Shown here in pieces: positions 39,901-49,700 of a stretch of DNA of 64,000 nucleotides. Numbering within the stretch: the stretch's first letter is position 1; the number at the start of each line of letters is the position of its first letter. Below the pieces are notes generated by a model. That model had not been told where the DNA came from, ran no database searches, and saw only the letters and a program-made list of their open reading frames with translations. The stretch is from Gammaproteobacteria bacterium. Lineage in GTDB: Bacteria; Pseudomonadota; Gammaproteobacteria; CBDBNL01; JAAOII01. Both the position numbers and the translations under genes were made by a program. The stretch covers positions 160,001 through 224,000 of the forward strand of contig OZ242372.1 of NCBI GenBank assembly GCA_965209035.1, in the 5' to 3' direction.

Positions 39901-42012
39901 ATAGCCCCGATAGCCGGTGTCCGTGTCCGCCGGAAGACCCTCATAATCAATCGCCGAACTCATACTCCCGTTAAGATACAAAACGCCGCTGCGCTCATTT
40001 TCCGCCAGTTTGAGATAAAACAGACCCGCCGGAGCCGACGGCACCACAGACACAATCTCCGGCGCGCGCGTCAATAAAGGCCCCCGGATATTCCCGGTGG
40101 TACTCCTATCCTCATCTTCATATTCAAAGGACGCCAGAAAAATTGTCTCGTTATGCCTAGCCGGCGGCAGCTTGCCCCCAACCGGCAACACACCCAAAAT
40201 ATCCGCCATTCCCGTATCGCCTTCATAAGTGAAGTTGACACGCGTCGCCTCATCAATCCGCAATACCGGCGGCTCGTTGCGATCTCTAATGAAAATATAC
40301 ACCCGGGTACGATAATTGCATTGTCCGAACTCAGGTGCCGTCCCTAAAATACTTCCCTCACATGCCTGCGGAACAGGCGGATTCGTCCGGGCAACTTGAC
40401 CAAAGAAAAGACTCATGCGATCATATCGCTCCGGCACATCGCCCAAAATACCGGTTGTCACATCCGTATAGTCATCCGACAAGCCGGTTAGAGACACCTG
40501 TACCTTACATACATAAAGATCATTTACCTCAAAGTCCGCATCCGCCTCGGAGCCCAACAAAATCCGATAGCCCTGATTATCCAAATAAAAGCGTCCGGAA
40601 CAGTAAGCACTCTCACCCGACCTGTCGAATCCGGACTGCAACCGAAAGTAAAGAGTTGGCGGCCTGTCCAAACCCGTCTGTGCCCGCACCTCTTTCGAAA
40701 GATCCGGGTATATGCCCAGAGTATCAAAAAGATCGCCTACTCGAGAAACTACAGAACGCGGTGACGCATTTTCATCCAACGCACCCTGGAGTTCATAATA
40801 ATGACGCCGGCGTTCCACTAACCTTTCCTCCGTTTGCCCCACCTCACGCTGATAGAAAAATGGAAATGCAAACCTTATCGCCTCCAAGTCCGCACCGAAC
40901 CCACTCTTTGCCGAAGGATCCAAATTGAAAATATCCTCTTGCGCCGAAATAACATCCGGATGGGCTGCCACAAAATGCCGTAAGGACCCCTCCCGAGTAT
41001 GAATGTCATCCAGAAGTTCCTGAGAGATCCCATTAGCCGCCGGATAGGTCAGCGACAGATTGCGATGGTTTTCTCCGTTTTTTGTCAACAGCAACAGGAC
41101 CGAGATATTTAATGCTTGATTCAGCCGAGAAGTTATATTCTCGCCCATGCCCTCGCTGTCCCAAAGATCCGGATAAGAAATTATCTCTGTAGGATCAACA
41201 ACTGATCGGGCAGTATTTATAAACAGTGTAGAAAACCGCCTGAATTTATTTGATTGCAAAAAGAACGGAGATATTCGGTGAAATCCTAGTTCCACTCTCC
41301 CTTCAAAAGAGCGGTTATTCGCATCAATAAGGAATGTCACCCGTTCTGTCCTGGCCCTTGTAAACCCATTAAATATGACGAAATCCGCCGCTTCCAATGC
41401 ACGCGCTGTCGCGGAAATACGCACCGGTACAGATACGGAATCCCAATGTTGCCGCTCCCCGTCCGTGTTCAAATACGAAATATCCGCCGCCACATCAAAC
41501 TCGCGCACACCGAGTGCATGCACCACATAACCCAAACTGAAATCGCGCGCCCATTCGCTCTTAAACAATAACCTGCCGGAAGATGCATTCACTTCAAAAA
41601 AGGTCGTCACCAATTCGTTATCTCCCGGCAGCAAGCGATAGGTTACTGTCACATTCCCGGCATCTTGCGGCAGGCGGGCACGCATCTCTTCGCTTTCCAG
41701 CCGGACCATGCCCATGGTTCTGTTTCGTGACGATGCCGCCGTTGTTGTCGTATTGGCCAAAGCAAAATGATAAGCAGCGTGTGAAAACAAATTGCGTGCC
41801 GGGCCGGCACCGCCGGAAGAGTAAGAAGGCACGCATGCCGAAAACGAGAATAACGATGCAAAAAAAGCAAACAAAATTGCCAAGCATCGCACAAAGCCGG
41901 CACTGCGCCCGGATGATGTATGCCTCATGATGCTCACCATCCGGTCAATTATCGTCAGCCACACTTGACCCGTCTTTCGCCCATTCAAAAATATCAAAAA
42001 TATATCTTGCAA
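33973..42012 (-). CDS. Giant surface lipoprotein A3 (2679 aa): conserved N-region, ~1600-aa cadherin/Ig-like insert, TSP3-like joint, GLUG module
   Basis: Lipobox SFSA-C; cadherin-like motifs (IDYE, PDYE, DRNEPP, DRNAAP, PENTAAG); C-terminal module nearly identical to that of A1. Confidence 0.85.
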   Translation of the reverse strand: MQDIFLIFLNGRKTGQVWLTIIDRMVSIMRHTSSGRSAGFVRCLAILFAFFASLFSFSACVPSYSSGGAGPARNLFSHAAYHFALANTTTTAASSRNRTMGMVRLESEEMRARLPQDAGNVTVTYRLLPGDNELVTTFFEVNASSGRLLFKSEWARDFSLGYVVHALGVREFDVAADISYLNTDGERQHWDSVSVPVRISATARALEAADFVIFNGFTRARTERVTFLIDANNRSFEGRVELGFHRISPFFLQSNKFRRFSTLFINTARSVVDPTEIISYPDLWDSEGMGENITSRLNQALNISVLLLLTKNGENHRNLSLTYPAANGISQELLDDIHTREGSLRHFVAAHPDVISAQEDIFNLDPSAKSGFGADLEAIRFAFPFFYQREVGQTEERLVERRRHYYELQGALDENASPRSVVSRVGDLFDTLGIYPDLSKEVRAQTGLDRPPTLYFRLQSGFDRSGESAYCSGRFYLDNQGYRILLGSEADADFEVNDLYVCKVQVSLTGLSDDYTDVTTGILGDVPERYDRMSLFFGQVARTNPPVPQACEGSILGTAPEFGQCNYRTRVYIFIRDRNEPPVLRIDEATRVNFTYEGDTGMADILGVLPVGGKLPPARHNETIFLASFEYEDEDRSTTGNIRGPLLTRAPEIVSVVPSAPAGLFYLKLAENERSGVLYLNGSMSSAIDYEGLPADTDTGYRGYRITLSVRDNSTSALETRQTLDLEVRDLAYAPTNLAYMRSSGGNVSERLPAGDGLAETQVLLPSFAQFVANGGPVLGRLTGLDPESGRGTEITFRYGGVILHPAVTSALSSSVASGLAARIGRQFEVSGSELRLGGLDLRVLSAYVPGMPGLSDLPYDFGIRVTAYREGSPQAAANVTVQTRVAAEVTTADDAFDLGELPASFERGLLLGSVAEGDAVGVAVLAADETTLRPVSPPAPLLLSAWTTQSAASVAAGNTLVYDLMAAAELREFIGFIGRTDAARAAALNAVFGGERFRRADAEAFELNAANGALSLREGVMVNFGVQSVYTLLVRVTDDAREAAEDSGYLHSDYALVRVVVADRNAAPRITALRAASVPGGDVDVRPSVGAGTAAVLARLPENTAAGTRLATFMLRDDNRPPAESVFVATNDSDGGFVLASLGEPSRDAVSGEWLTPYAVSLAVSPDYEADATLTATQRWTDGGVYRVLPLATGSEMLPLAGSVRLSAELDLAVEVANMNEAIAVNVTRDAAASVLLQSELLLPEDRGLGLIEGLYVHLDDPESRLSVARPRVSLETEPASLRDALDLVFTSAGEDAFYYRLNVADAAALENAGDGRLFTVTVRVWENGTGLASESVSFAIRVEDVVYRPVVPDLGVVRISEQLGLDAIASPGLGILLEGMFDVAALQPDYDEFFPGTDVRLADVEAVVRPVTFEESVFGERLHREELFGLFALVPSVGGVGVDLRLDEGRLIERNFLGDVLGLPILLRDPSDTVAAAAEHSVTTQVRVEVLAPPAAEALAFADREGRVLRPAAYTLLYEQSAYEKELAGAACAGGEVSAVPDVPAVRVDGRCYPARLLRGPSGDLTAVARRSDEQTGLMDGDGAALVAVDGRAVGFRLSGPAVNVSAVRVSRLDSAGRLTVAGAYFEDYFEWEFNASYRVGADAAPVTALVLRPKFYPVRNVSAGADAVIAGAVYPALDTLSLSLNRPAETLSYFVEVFVGEGEGENRTDASRRALGQMNVRVNRANLNEPAFVSSLSLGDVFLSNETVTDVDANQFALAVNNLSEILSFTVVNPDAADASDGAQRTEIHLEVIANASAAADVPKFNLQSGFATGSELIRLGVAADAVHRVSLGSGQVRHNSTGHGFQMARNLHGEAVIQVTLREFVDGDAMYPHAPVVEYYRIRVNPVANRVPAVPGPLLLVANRSASNVFIGSDRRAAIDENHPDLAGLFNFQFVVRDADFLEPVRQQLLLTGTRAVLVPASPRIFIGMPSRATALSQNGSSAEVLVTQGGYRHQPDSFGVATFNLELTETEPRGFTDRNFTYAAQPVIAKMFSVRSENDRLLVCPSGGGAPCAPGSVRRGAAYRLQEDFGTSALAATGTVRRSAMVFVHDADLSFEPNAHPTVRMLRNHRLTLNNGRSTTNIAHHLTLNPTGITFTPVAGTNELRVELPLDLRMSPELYTELNRGDGGSVEFDVVFEDFQASRVTATARVTVRISATTTDDDNDGVNDLATDGTQLDACPRGETGWRSNRTTDHDGDGCRDADEDPDDDNNGLIEIRTLDDLARLRDDLNGDGADDNRTDEITAVGSAGCPSSGCLGYELTRSLNFSLAASYGSNGENSGKQSTWTDRDGSGWVPIGFCTSNNVCTAYTGVFDGRDHTIADLFVSAHHDAIGVGLFGAFNGSLQNLHLRNARVSGGANDVGTLVGNGRNAGYENLSVTGGSVMSPSAGNVGGLVGEAARADIRYASVSGGDVSGNVTVGGLVGKGREVDIRYAYVSGVNVSGKFDNVGGLVGKGREVDIRYAYVSGVDVSGNVTVGGLVGDGYRSDIRYAYVLGGSVAGDDEVGGLVGIGGGQDGQIYYSYVAAGFVLGSGGDIGGLIGIADAQITVNASYWDTETTGQLTSAGGDGQSTVQLQGASFTGIYALWGNFWCNPNTGEETESTSQPIGFVRVWDLGESSQYPALNCMPGGLSAQGR

Positions 42013-42040
42013 GATTCAATATTGGGGCGGCGGCGATGTC

Positions 42041-43684
42041 CTAAAAACGATATGCGATAACAAAACGCAGGTTTGAGAGGAAGAAGGTAGTCCGTTCCAC
42101 TTCCGTATTCGCATCATCTTCTTCGCTTATCGCCTCATCGGCAAGTTCCGTATCATTGATATATTCAAGGGCATCCAAAGATACCGACGCAGTTAACCCG
42201 AAGTTACTTCGGTATTGGTAATACAAACTTGTTCCCCGGGCAAAACCTACTCCTCCCAAAGCCCAGCCAACCCGATGCCGCAGTTGCTCGCCCACATTGC
42301 CCCCAATATGCAACGCGGGAGCACAGTCAAGGATGAAGTTATTGTTGTCTTCCTCAGTGGCTGCCGCATAGAGTTCATAGCCGCGATAATTCTTTTCATC
42401 AAAAAAAGAAACCCCACAAAAATAATTAAAATTAACAATCAGTTTGTCCGAGTAATAATCAAAACCGGCGCTATAGATATCTTGTATCCTTTCCAAATAT
42501 GCTTTACCGTCATTCTCATTGGCAACCCAGTTCAGATAGTCAATGGTTTGTGAATAAAATTGATTCACTCCGAATGAGAAAGGTCTCCCGGCATCTTCTC
42601 TCTCAAATACCTCAAAATCATTCAAGGAAAATGTCCGCAACCATTCAAATTTAAGGGAATATCTCTTGATCGGAACCGAAAGTTCAAACCCGTATGCTCT
42701 CACCGGGCTAAAAGTTGGCTCCGGTTCGGCGACAGGCAATCGTTCATCGGTATTAATACTCCGAAGACAACCCTCAATGGTTGCTCTCACCGCTCCGCCG
42801 CGACACACATAACCGCCGTCGCGACGCAACAGTTCAAACTGCGAGATAGGAAAACCATAGCCCTCGTAATAGGTGAGACCGGCGATCAGCCGGGAACCCA
42901 CATATAAAACACGCACTGCTTGTTGTGAAGAATCTTTCGGTGCGGAGAATCTTGCAGTTTGGTCTTCGTTGTGTTCGTTTGCATATTCCACATTGCCACT
43001 AAATTCACCCAACAATTGATCGACCAGCAGTTGCGGAAAATAATAATAATGAATTTCCAGACCGCCCGGTATAAAAAATTGAGCGGATGCAACATACTGC
43101 GGCAGGCGATTATCTACCTTGCTGTAACTGAGTGTTGTGCCGCTAAAGTCTATGGGCAGCACCAGATCTACGGGCGAAAAGAGATCAAACTGACCGAACA
43201 CCACCCGTTTGCGGCCCAGAGAAAACAGGGCATAATTCGCATCCAAGTCCACATAGCCTTCCAGTAGTTCCACATTGTCCGCTGTCACTGTGCGACTAAA
43301 TGTGTTTCTTTCACGAGTATTGAGATTCTCGGATTCCAAACTAAACTTGACCGCGGAACGATAGGCGCGGCCTTCCATGGCAACCTTACCCCAACTCCAA
43401 TCCTCGTCATAACGCAGCCTGGCTTGGGTACTCGCGCGTGTGTTATCCTCATTAAGGACACCGCTATAGGTCGCAAACAAAAGACCGCTAAAATGACGCT
43501 GCCAATAATCCGCTGTGCCGGGGCTGCCGGGACCGTCTGTATCCGTTGAAAGATCCGTGTCGTCCTCTTCTTCTATGATGACCGGAGGATTCTCAATAAC
43601 GGTTGCATTCTCAGCGGCAAGAGCTAAAACAGAGAACAGGCACAGTCCGCATAGTCCACAAAAGATGAGGCATTTTAGTTTCAC
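42041..43684 (-). CDS. Predicted outer-membrane beta-barrel protein, copy 3
   Basis: N-terminal ~200 codons match copy 2; ends FVIAYRF. The frame is open to 43732; GTG start chosen by homology. Confidence 0.82.
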   Translation of the reverse strand: MKLKCLIFCGLCGLCLFSVLALAAENATVIENPPVIIEEEDDTDLSTDTDGPGSPGTADYWQRHFSGLLFATYSGVLNEDNTRASTQARLRYDEDWSWGKVAMEGRAYRSAVKFSLESENLNTRERNTFSRTVTADNVELLEGYVDLDANYALFSLGRKRVVFGQFDLFSPVDLVLPIDFSGTTLSYSKVDNRLPQYVASAQFFIPGGLEIHYYYFPQLLVDQLLGEFSGNVEYANEHNEDQTARFSAPKDSSQQAVRVLYVGSRLIAGLTYYEGYGFPISQFELLRRDGGYVCRGGAVRATIEGCLRSINTDERLPVAEPEPTFSPVRAYGFELSVPIKRYSLKFEWLRTFSLNDFEVFEREDAGRPFSFGVNQFYSQTIDYLNWVANENDGKAYLERIQDIYSAGFDYYSDKLIVNFNYFCGVSFFDEKNYRGYELYAAATEEDNNNFILDCAPALHIGGNVGEQLRHRVGWALGGVGFARGTSLYYQYRSNFGLTASVSLDALEYINDTELADEAISEEDDANTEVERTTFFLSNLRFVIAYRF

Positions 43685-43735
43685 GAACCGCCCGGATCGA
43701 GATTCGGCAGACCTATGAGCACAGACTGCCACAGA

Positions 43736-46700
43736 TTACCGGGGAGGGGGAGAAGGATTACCGGAACGACCATCACTGCCCGCTGAACCGGTACTGCCGG
43801 TCCTTCCATCATTGTGCCCACAAGCCCCTTCGCCTTTTCTACCACCGCCACCGCCCGTACCACCATCACCGCCATAACCGCCAACACCTCTTGCAACTAT
43901 CCCGTATGCGGCAGAATCTGTGATGGAACCTCTGCGAGAACCGATACCATGGACGGCGACAAGCCCGTCCGCACTTCCGGCATTGCCACCGCTGCCACCG
44001 CTGCCACCATTACCGCCATTGCCGCCATTGCCGGCATTCCGACTACAATTAGCACTTCTTCCACTGTAACCATTACCTCCGTTGCCACCATCACCGCCAT
44101 TGCCACCGTTACCACTAGTCACAGTCCCAGTTGCCTTGGATTCCGCCATGATACGACCGGCATTAATAGCCACCAGGCCGCCGGCATCGCCTCCGTTTGT
44201 GCCGTCAGTACCGGCAGTGCCGGAGCTGCCACTTCTGCCATGCCTGTTACCGTGTTTTCTACCAGCACCGTTTGCCCCATTCCTTCCGGGTGTACCGGGT
44301 CTACCAACAACACCTCGCACTCTTCCGGTAGCATAGGACCTCTCTATGGTGCCACCACTATCATTGCAACCGACCAGACCGCCCGCGGAAGAACCATAAT
44401 ATGAACCCGGCATCACATCACTCGCGGAATAGGAATCGCTAATCGTTCCTCGGTTGACCGCCACTAGGCCGCCGTAGGTGCCGACACCGGTTGAACAAGG
44501 ATTACTGGCCGCATTGGCATAGACCCCCGCACCTTGTTTTGTATAAGAATTTTCAATCCGTCCCTCATTAAGTTTTGCCAATCCTTTACCACCGACGATA
44601 CCAAGGTCGGCAACTATTGCACTGCCTCCGATTGTATTAAACAACGGCACGGACAACCCGCTAATCTTTTTCCCGTTGCCATAAAACTTGCCTTGAAAAC
44701 GAGCAATACTTGAAAAGGCTGAACCGGTATATCTTAAATCCGCATTGAGGATATAAATTCCCGACATATCGTTGGCGACAGATCTCAGATCACGAGAATT
44801 ACGAATATGAATGCTATCCGAATCACACAGATCGCCATCCCCATCATCATCCGCATCCTCTTGACGAGGATTGCGAACAGCCGGACAATTATCCGTTACC
44901 CGCTTTGGTGCTGTGCAAGCATAATCTATGCAAAAAGCGTAGTAAGCATCAGCAATGTTATGTGTTACAGATTCGGATATCTCCCGAGTTGTAGCCAAAG
45001 GCGAAGAGCGTAAATTGTGTGTGGCTAACAGCCTATCAATGGCAGGATCAATACGACTATCCGCGGATTGATAAAGTGTAACAGATACACCCTCACAGAG
45101 AAGATCGCAAACAAGATCCACACTTATTTCAAATACCTGATTTGTGTCCACTAAAGAATCTCTGCCATCCCAATTGGAAAAGACCGGACTTGGAAGGGGC
45201 GGATGCGGAACTTCTATGTTCCGTTGAGGTTCAAGCCCACCCGGTGCACAGTGCAAAGCGGGATATTGATCCCGGTTGCCCGGATTCCACAAACGCACGA
45301 AACCGGCGGCCGGCTGTGCCGAACTTTCTCTGCTCTCGTTTGTACTTGGATTGCACCAAAAATCAGCCCAGTTTGAATAAATGTTATCGGAAAAATCGGT
45401 CGGGGATCGGAGTTCCAGTGTGGTCCAACCCGAACCCTTATTACCGTAACTGCTCGCTTGACCGGTTGTCTCCCAGTTCCAATAGGAATCCGTAACGACA
45501 GTGTCGTCATTACCGCCACCAAGCAAACCGCCTACGGATGCATCACCGGATACGGTGCCTGTTGCCGCATACGAACGTTTCATGATAGCACCTCCGCCAT
45601 ATCCGACCAGACCACCAACCCTGGAATTTCCGGCGACATTGCCACCGACTGTATATGCATCCTTAATGGTGGCACTCCCGCCATACCCAATCAAACCGCC
45701 GACATCATTATCTCCGGAAACATTGCCGCCGGCCACATACGAACGGTCAATCTCAGATCTCCAGCCACTTCCAACCAAACCACCCACTCTGACATTTCCG
45801 GTGACATTGCCACCAACCATATGCGAATTATCAATCTCAAAATATGTGCCATATCCGAGCAAACCGCCGACTCTGAAATTTCCGGCGACTGCACTACCTT
45901 CCACATACGAATGGTAAACCTCAGAATTTCTGCCGGTTCCAACCAGCCCGCCTACTTCGTTGTTTCCAAAAACATTGCTACCGGCCACATACGAATATCT
46001 AAGGGTGGCTTCCCTGCCATCCCCAACCAGACCGCCAACATAGTTTATTCCCAAGACATCGCTGTCGAGTGCATACGAATGACTAATAGCAGCACCCAAG
46101 CCATATCCAACCAGACCGCCAACGATGAGATTCCCTGAGACCTCACCGCCAACCACATACGAATAATCAATCGCGGCATTAAGACCGGAACCAACCAGAC
46201 CACCGATGCTGCCCTCGCCGGAAACAGCACTATCTTTGGCAACTGTCCAAACCAAGGCGGCTGAATTAACATCTCCTCCCAGAGCACCGACAGAATCAGC
46301 CACCCGGCTCCTCACTGTCCCCGAAACCAAAATATTCTCAAAACGCGCATGGTGACCATTGCCCGCCAGCAAGCCCACATCATATGCACCGCCACTGACA
46401 TTCGCTGACAACAGACGCAGATTGCGCACCTCACCGCTCAACGCAGAAAATAAACCAACACCATAGACGCTGTCATCCACTGCAATCAACAGATTGGAAA
46501 TGGTGTGATCATTTCCCTCAAACACTCCGGTCCAGGCATTGCATATATCATTTGCACTACAAGAACCAATCGGCCCCCAACCGCTATCACTTGTCCAAAT
46601 ACTCCTGTTACCACTATCCGGTTCATAAGAAGCGGCATCGCTAAAATTGAGCGAACGCATTAACTCATAGCCAATACAACCCCCGACAGGACAGCCTCTG

Positions 46701-49700
46701 TTACTCACTACCGTAATATCACCCATATTACCGTCATCCAGACCATCGCCATTCAGATCATCGCGCAGCAGAGCCAGGGCATCCAGCGTGTGAATCTCTA
46801 TCAAACCATTGTTATCATCGTCCGCATCCGCAGCATCTTCAACGCCGTCATTGTCGTCGTCCATGTCCTCATCGCTGTCATCGCGGCAGCCATCACCATC
46901 ATTGTCTGTCGTCGGACCCGAACGCCAACCTAATTCCCCGATAAGACAATTATCGGAAAGATCCGCGACCCCGTCATTGTCATCATCCAAATCCTCATCA
47001 CGATCCCGACAGCCGTCACCGTCACGATCCGTCGTTGGACCCGAATGCCAATCGGTTACACCGCGCGGACATGCATCCAACCGGGTCGTCCCGCCAGCCT
47101 CAAAATCAGCCACACCATCATTGTCATCGTCCGTGTCCTCATCGCTGTCACGGCAACCGTCACCATCATGATCCGTCGCCGGACCCGAATGCCAATCGGT
47201 TACTCCGCGCGGACATGCATCCGCAAAGTCAGCCACTCCGTCATTGTCATCGTCCAAATCCTCATCACGATCCCGACAACCGTCACCGTCACGGTCCGTC
47301 GTCGGACCCGAACGCCAATCGGTTACTCCGCGCGGACATGCATCCGCAAAGTCAGCCACTCCGTCATTGTCATCGTCCAAATCCTCATCACGATCCCGAC
47401 AACCGTCACCGTCACGATCCGTCGTTGAATTCGAGTGCCAACCGGTTACTCCGCGCGGACAGGCATCCAACCGGGTTGTCCCATCCGTATCAAAGTAATC
47501 CACTCCGTCATTGTCATCCTCGGTCATACAGGTGAGTTGCGGATAGTCACCGGAACCGCCCAGATCCCAGGCACGAACGAACCCGGCAGCCGGCTGTGCC
47601 GAACTTTCTATCACCTCACCACTGCCGGGCCTGCACCAAAAATTAGCCCAATTTGAATAAATGTTATCGGAAAAATCGGTCGGAGACTGCAGTTCCTGTG
47701 TGGTCCGACCCGAACCCGGGGCACGAAAACTGTTCGCTTGACCGGTTGTTTCCCGGTTCCAATAGGAATCCGTAACGACAGTGTCGTCATTACCGAAACC
47801 GAGTAAGCCACCTACGCTTATGTCGTCCGAGTCTCCGGATATGAATACGGGACCACCGGACGCATATGAATAACTAATCCGAGATCCTTGATTATTTCCA
47901 ACCAGACCGCCAACAATCCTATTTGCGGATATGGCACCACCGAACGCATACGCATGGCTAATCACGGAAAAACTGCCTTCTCCTACCAAACCACCGACAA
48001 CACCGGTTCCTTTACCTGATACGGAACCAACGGATACATATGAAAAGTTAATCTGTGCAAGCGGACTGTATCCGACCAAGCCACCAACATAACCCCTTCC
48101 GGATACGGTGCCACCGGACGCATACGAATATTTAATCACCGCATTTTGAGCCGAGCCAACCAGACCGCCGACATTCAACTTTCCGACTACCTCACTGTTT
48201 TCGACAACTATCCGAACCAAAGTAGCGGATGTGGCATCGCCCGCCAACAAGCCCACATTATTTGCACCACCTGTGACATAGGCAGACAGCAGACGCAGGT
48301 TACGCACTGTGCCTCTCAGCGCAGCAAACAGACCAACATCACCGATGCCATCCTCCGCTGAAATGAACAGATTGGAAATAGTATGAGCATTGCCTTCAAA
48401 AACTCCAGTCCAAGAACCAATCGGCTGCCAACCGTTACCACTTGTCCAAATACGCAGATTAGCACTGCCAGGCTCATAAGAATTCGCATCGCTAAAATTG
48501 AGCGAACGCATTAACTCATAGCCAATACAACCCCCGGCCGGGCAACCACTGTTACCCGATGCTGTAATATCATCAATATTGCCGTCATCTATGCCATCGC
48601 CGTTCAAATCATCGCGTAGCAGAGCCAGTGCATCCAATGTGCGGACTTCTATCAGACCGTTATTATTACCGTCCACATCCGCCAGATCTTCAACGCCGTC
48701 ATTGTCATCGTCCGGATCCTCGTCACTATCCCGACAACCATCACCGTCATGATCCGTCGTTGAATCCGAATGCCAACCGGTTACCCCGCGCGGACAAGCA
48801 TCCGCAAAGTCAGCCACATTGTCATTGTCATCGTCATCATCACAGGCATCGCCAAACTTATCCTCGTCATTGTTAGCCTGATCCCGATTGGCAACTGTCT
48901 GACAGTTGTCCTTCGGTGTCGTCCCGTCCGCCTCAAAATCATCCACACCATCATTGTCATCATCCAAATCCTCGTCACGATCGCGGCAGCCATCACCGTC
49001 ATTGTCCGTTGTCGCATCCGAACGCCAGCCGGTTACCCCAAGCGGGCAATCATCCAGGCGAGTGATCCCGTCCGCGGCAAAGTAGTCCACGCCGTCATTG
49101 TCATCCGCGATCGTACAAGTGAGTCTTGGATATTCATTAGAGCGACCCAGATCCCACACACGCATGAAACCCTCTGCCGGCTGTGTCCGATTTTGCCGCA
49201 CATCAGCACTGCCGGGTTTACACCAAAAATCAGCCCAGCCCGAATAGACATCATGGATGTTCCCGGAAAAATTGGTCGGAGATTGGAGTTCATGCGTGGT
49301 CCGGCCCAAGCCAAGACCCTCGGCACTGTGCTCCTGCCCGGTACTTTCCTTGTCCCAGTAGGAGGCGATAACGACAGTTGCATTATTACTGTAACCGAGC
49401 AATCCGCCTGTAAGGAAAACACCGGATACAACTCCTCCGCCCACATAAGTATACTCAATCTCAGCACCCATAGTATGCCCCACCAGACCGCCAACACGAC
49501 CGCCTCTTCCGCCCATGGCCACACCACCGAACACATAAGCATGCCGAATCCTCGCATTCGTACCTTCTCCAACCAGACCACCGACAATGTGACTGCGCCC
49601 CGAAGCAGTGACATCGGACGCATAAGAATAACTAATCCGGCTGTTCTTACCATCGCCAACCAGACCACCGACAATGTGACTGCGCCCCGAAGCAGTGACA

